A stretch of DNA of 64,000 nucleotides from the NCBI GenBank assembly GCA_902510115.1, contig CABWZU010000001.1, positions 255 through 64,254 on the forward strand. The letters run 5' to 3'. Position 1 is the first letter of the stretch, and the number at the start of each line of letters is the position of its first letter. The notes under the pieces are model-generated. The model worked only from the letters and a program-made list of their open reading frames with translations. It ran no database searches and was not told where the DNA came from. The position numbers were made by a program, and so were the translations under genes. This stretch comes from an uncultured Gammaproteobacteria bacterium. Its GTDB lineage: Bacteria > Pseudomonadota > Gammaproteobacteria > PS1 > Pseudothioglobaceae. Positions 61,025 to 64,000 of the stretch are shown here, in pieces.

Positions 61025-61591
61025 CTATGTATGAAGAGCCTTCATGGCATCTTCAAAACTTCCTGTAACTAATAATTCAACAATATTACTTGCCCTTGAC
61101 ATGCTCTCTTGAATGGCGCTTAGTTCTGATTTGCTAGGGGCATTTAAAACATAGTCAACAACTTCATTCTTAGAGCCAGGATGTTCGATTCCGATTCGAA
61201 GGCGGTAGAAATTTTTTGATCCGAGCGCTTTAATGATATCTCTCAGGCCATTATGGCCGCCATGACCACCACCCAATTTTAATTTAACAACTCCAACAGG
61301 CAAATCGAGCTCGTCATGAACAACCAAGGTCTCTTCAGGTGAAATATCATAGTAATTTAAAAAGCTTTTTATCGAGCCACCAGAATTATTCATAAAGGTT
61401 TGAGGCTTTAGCAGAAAAACTTTGTTTGAGTTTAGGCTGAAGTCTGAGGTTTCGCCAAAAAATTTGGATTGACTAGTAAACTTGGAGTCATTTAAAGAAG
61501 CTAGTGACTCAACAAACCAGAAGCCTGCATTGTGACGATGTTCCTGATAATTTTTTCCGGGATTTCCCAGTCCAACAATTAGTTTAATCAT
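61025..61591 (-). CDS. pth: Peptidyl-tRNA hydrolase
   Basis: VGLGNPG, RHNAG, FMNNSG, HDELD and GGHNGL motifs. Confidence 0.97.
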   Translation of the reverse strand: MIKLIVGLGNPGKNYQEHRHNAGFWFVESLASLNDSKFTSQSKFFGETSDFSLNSNKVFLLKPQTFMNNSGGSIKSFLNYYDISPEETLVVHDELDLPVGVVKLKLGGGHGGHNGLRDIIKALGSKNFYRLRIGIEHPGSKNEVVDYVLNAPSKSELSAIQESMSRASNIVELLVTGSFEDAMKALHT

Positions 61592-61639
61592 TACAGCGCT
61601 TCATTTTACGCTTGTTGAGTCAACAAGACTGACGATACT

Positions 61640-62338
61640 TTATTGGTTATCGTCACCATCTTTTGAGTCAGCATCTGCAGAATCCGCAGAGTCTTCTGCT
61701 GAGTCCTCACTGCCCTCCTCAGATTCACCATCCTCAATGATTTCTTCCTCTTCCTCAATTACCTTAGGCTCGGAAACTGAACATACAGTCTGATCGTGTG
61801 CCTCAACATCTTCATGTTGTAATGCATTAATAATAACGCCTTCTGGTAAGACAAGGTCAGTTAATGAAAGATGATCACCAACCTCAAGGCTAGTTACATC
61901 TACGTCAATACCGTGAGGTAAGTCTTTAGGTAGACATGAAATTTCAACCGACACAACAAACTGATTGAGCATATTGCCCAGCCTTAGTGCCTCGTTTTCT
62001 TCCATTCCTATGAAGTGAAGTGGTGTTGTAGTAACAAGAGTTTGTTTAGCATCAACTCGCAAAAAGTCCACATGTGTAATGGTATTTTTTGCAGGATGGC
62101 GCTGAATATCTTTTAAAACAACTGACTCTGTTGATTTTCCTACCACTAAGTCCAATACTGAAGTGAATGTATTTTCATCCTCCAGTAGATGGGTAATTTC
62201 GTGAATGCTAAGTGTTACCATTAGCGGGCCTTGCTTTCCACCATAAATAATACTTGGCACCTTTTCTTCTTTTCTCAGGCGGCGGCTCGCACCTTTCCCC
62301 TGGTCTTCACGCTCTGTTGCGTTTACAGTAATACTCAT
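61640..62338 (-). CDS. rplY: 50S ribosomal protein L25 / Ctc (long form with acidic tail)
   Basis: GKGASRRLR, IIYGG and QRHP....HVDF motifs; rplY-pth-ychF synteny. Confidence 0.95.
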   Translation of the reverse strand: MSITVNATEREDQGKGASRRLRKEEKVPSIIYGGKQGPLMVTLSIHEITHLLEDENTFTSVLDLVVGKSTESVVLKDIQRHPAKNTITHVDFLRVDAKQTLVTTTPLHFIGMEENEALRLGNMLNQFVVSVEISCLPKDLPHGIDVDVTSLEVGDHLSLTDLVLPEGVIINALQHEDVEAHDQTVCSVSEPKVIEEEEEIIEDGESEEGSEDSAEDSADSADADSKDGDDNQ

Positions 62339-62358
62339 TTTGAGTTCTCCAATAAATG

Positions 62359-62431
62359 AAAAAACACCACTTCAAGCGGTGTAACTAAATTTGCCTATTT
62401 TGCGACCAAACAGACAAGGGAGGTCATTTTA
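62359..62431 (-). promoter_or_regulatory. rplY promoter and structured leader (L25-leader-like)
   Basis: Minus strand: TAAAAT (62426-62431), then hairpin TTGTCTGTTT-GGTCGCA-AAATAGGCAA (62391-62417), then a second hairpin (62364-62382) with a U-run, then GGAG and the ATG. Confidence 0.6.
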
Positions 62432-62462
62432 CCCGAAATTCTTTTTATATAGCCAAGTTTAT

Positions 62463-64000
62463 CTATCTTGACCTAAGCCAAAAAATAATGCTGAGAATAG
62501 AGCTAGGGATAGCCCAAGCCCAAACAGATTGAGTGGCTAAAAAAGCTGAAACTAAAAGAAACGAAATGGCAATAAAGCTCGACCTTTGTTTAGAGGCATT
62601 TTCTTTTAATTGTATAACAATTGCCTCTGTTTGTTTTTTTGAGTTTTTAGTCTTTAAAGCACCACTTTCAATTTGCTTAAGGGCGTTGATTACTAACATT
62701 GGAATTTCTGGTAATTCCGAGACAATCTGAGGTAACTGATCAGAGAATTTATTAAGCGAGCTCTTAAAGCTATATTTTTCTTTAGCTAGTTTCTCTAGAT
62801 AAGGTTTTGCTGTTGCCCAGAGGTCAAGGTCTGGATATAGCGATCGCCCTAAGCCTTCTATATTGAGTAGTGTTTTATAGAGCAAAAGAAGCTGAGGCTG
62901 AACTTCCATATCAAAACGTTTTGCCTCTTTTAAGAGGCTGAGTAGGACCTGACCAAAAGAAATTTCACTTAATGGCTTTTCAAAAATTGGTTCGCAGACA
63001 CTTCTTATCGCATTTTCAAATTCCATTACATTTGTTCCTTCGGGTATCCACCCAGACTCAAGGTGAACTTGAGACACTCGTTTATAATCTTGATTAAAAA
63101 ATGCCATAAAGTTTTGGGCTAAATAATATTGATCAGCTTCAGTTAGCGTGCCCATAATTCCAAAATCTACACCCGTATATTGGTTATTTTCGCCAACAAA
63201 AATATTTCCTGGATGCATATCAGCATGAAAAAAATTATGATCAAAAACCTGGGTAAAAAATATAATTACTCCATCCTCTGCCAAAGACTTAAAGTCAACA
63301 TTTTTCTTTTTCAAGGCCTCAATATCATTGACCGGTGTGCCATAGATTCTCTCAGTTACCAAAATATTTGATCTACAAAGATCCCAATGAACTTTTGGCA
63401 CATACAGAAGATCCGAATTATTAAAGTTTTTACCAAGAAGCGAAGCATTGGCAGCTTCAACCATCATGTTAAGTTCGTTATAAATAATTCCCTCAAACTC
63501 CTCGACAGCTTCTTTTGGCCTTAGTCTTTTTCCATCGCTGTGTTTTTCAGCAAGACTTGCTAAGGCATAAAGAAGGCTTATATCTCTTTTAATTTGTTTT
63601 TCAATGCCTGGACGAACAACTTTTATAATTATTTCTTCCCCATTCTGAGTAACTGCAGTATGAACCTGAGCAATGGAAGCAGAGGCAAGGGGGGAGTCAT
63701 CAAACGATGAAAAAAGAATTGAGGTTTTATCACCAAGCGCTTTTTCAATGATTAGTTTTGACTCTGCAGCAGGGAATGGAGGACATTTATCTTGGAGCTT
63801 AGCCAGCTCCATTCCAATATCATCTGGGAGAAGGTCTCTTCGTGTTGACAAAGTCTGGCCAAATTTAATAAAGATTGGTCCGAGCTCTTCAAGTGCAAGT
63901 CGAATCCTTTCGCCTCTAGTGAGTTTCTTGCTAGGAAAATAATGCCACGGTGTAAGGTAGACTAAAGGTCTTAGGCTTTTAAGAAAAGAAGTAGACAGTA
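62463..64000 (-). CDS. ubiB: Ubiquinone biosynthesis atypical kinase UbiB (5' end outside the window)
   Basis: Frame is open to the right edge (..RGERIRLALEELGPIFIKFGQTLSTRRDLL); ASASIAQVH, KVVRP, FFHADMHPGN and DFGIMG motifs. Confidence 0.95.
   Translation of the reverse strand, partial: LSTSFLKSLRPLVYLTPWHYFPSKKLTRGERIRLALEELGPIFIKFGQTLSTRRDLLPDDIGMELAKLQDKCPPFPAAESKLIIEKALGDKTSILFSSFDDSPLASASIAQVHTAVTQNGEEIIIKVVRPGIEKQIKRDISLLYALASLAEKHSDGKRLRPKEAVEEFEGIIYNELNMMVEAANASLLGKNFNNSDLLYVPKVHWDLCRSNILVTERIYGTPVNDIEALKKKNVDFKSLAEDGVIIFFTQVFDHNFFHADMHPGNIFVGENNQYTGVDFGIMGTLTEADQYYLAQNFMAFFNQDYKRVSQVHLESGWIPEGTNVMEFENAIRSVCEPIFEKPLSEISFGQVLLSLLKEAKRFDMEVQPQLLLLYKTLLNIEGLGRSLYPDLDLWATAKPYLEKLAKEKYSFKSSLNKFSDQLPQIVSELPEIPMLVINALKQIESGALKTKNSKKQTEAIVIQLKENASKQRSSFIAISFLLVSAFLATQSVWAWAIPSSILSIIFWLRSR

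Noticed and set aside
61640-61760. Very acidic L25 C-terminal tail
   Set aside because: Acidic tails are common in long-form L25/Ctc proteins.
62463-63851. ubiB as a truncated 462-aa gene or pseudogene
   Set aside because: The frame is open to the window edge, so the real start lies outside the window.

Overview
A gene-dense, AT-rich chromosomal segment of a streamlined marine gammaproteobacterium. Gene content and order suggest the SUP05 / Ca. (Pseudo)thioglobus clade, but this is an inference and was not checked by search. Most of the window is housekeeping: ctaB, hisF, uppS-cdsA-dxr, purC, metA, mutY, ribF, pyrC, secA, petABC-sspAB, bioD, pyrD, leuS, prk, dnaA-dnaN-recF-gyrB with a probable oriC between dnaA and dnaN, tpiA-secG-tRNA-Leu, rpsB-tsf, and ubiB-rplY-pth-ychF-gpmI-rpe. 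No transposase, integrase, prophage or CRISPR array is visible. The accessory modules are a trimethylamine-dehydrogenase-family flavoprotein next to dnaA, an EamA + MMPL pair after tRNA-Leu, a six-gene lipid-modification cluster resembling furan fatty acid (ufa) genes, and a zrgA-D-like zinc uptake operon ending in its own zur. There is also a five-gene operon (metY-like sulfhydrylase, alpha/beta hydrolase, HADH/enoyl-CoA hydratase fusion, DmdB-like ligase, DmdC-like dehydrogenase) that may be a DmdD-independent route from methylmercaptopropionate to methionine; this is my best candidate for an undescribed system. Other notable signals are six genes with apparently leaderless promoters, an origin with DnaA-trio-like repeats but only degenerate DnaA boxes, an S2 protein with a tandemly repeated histone-like tail, and an uncharacterised P-loop protein coupled to metA. 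All family assignments come from motif recognition, not database searches.
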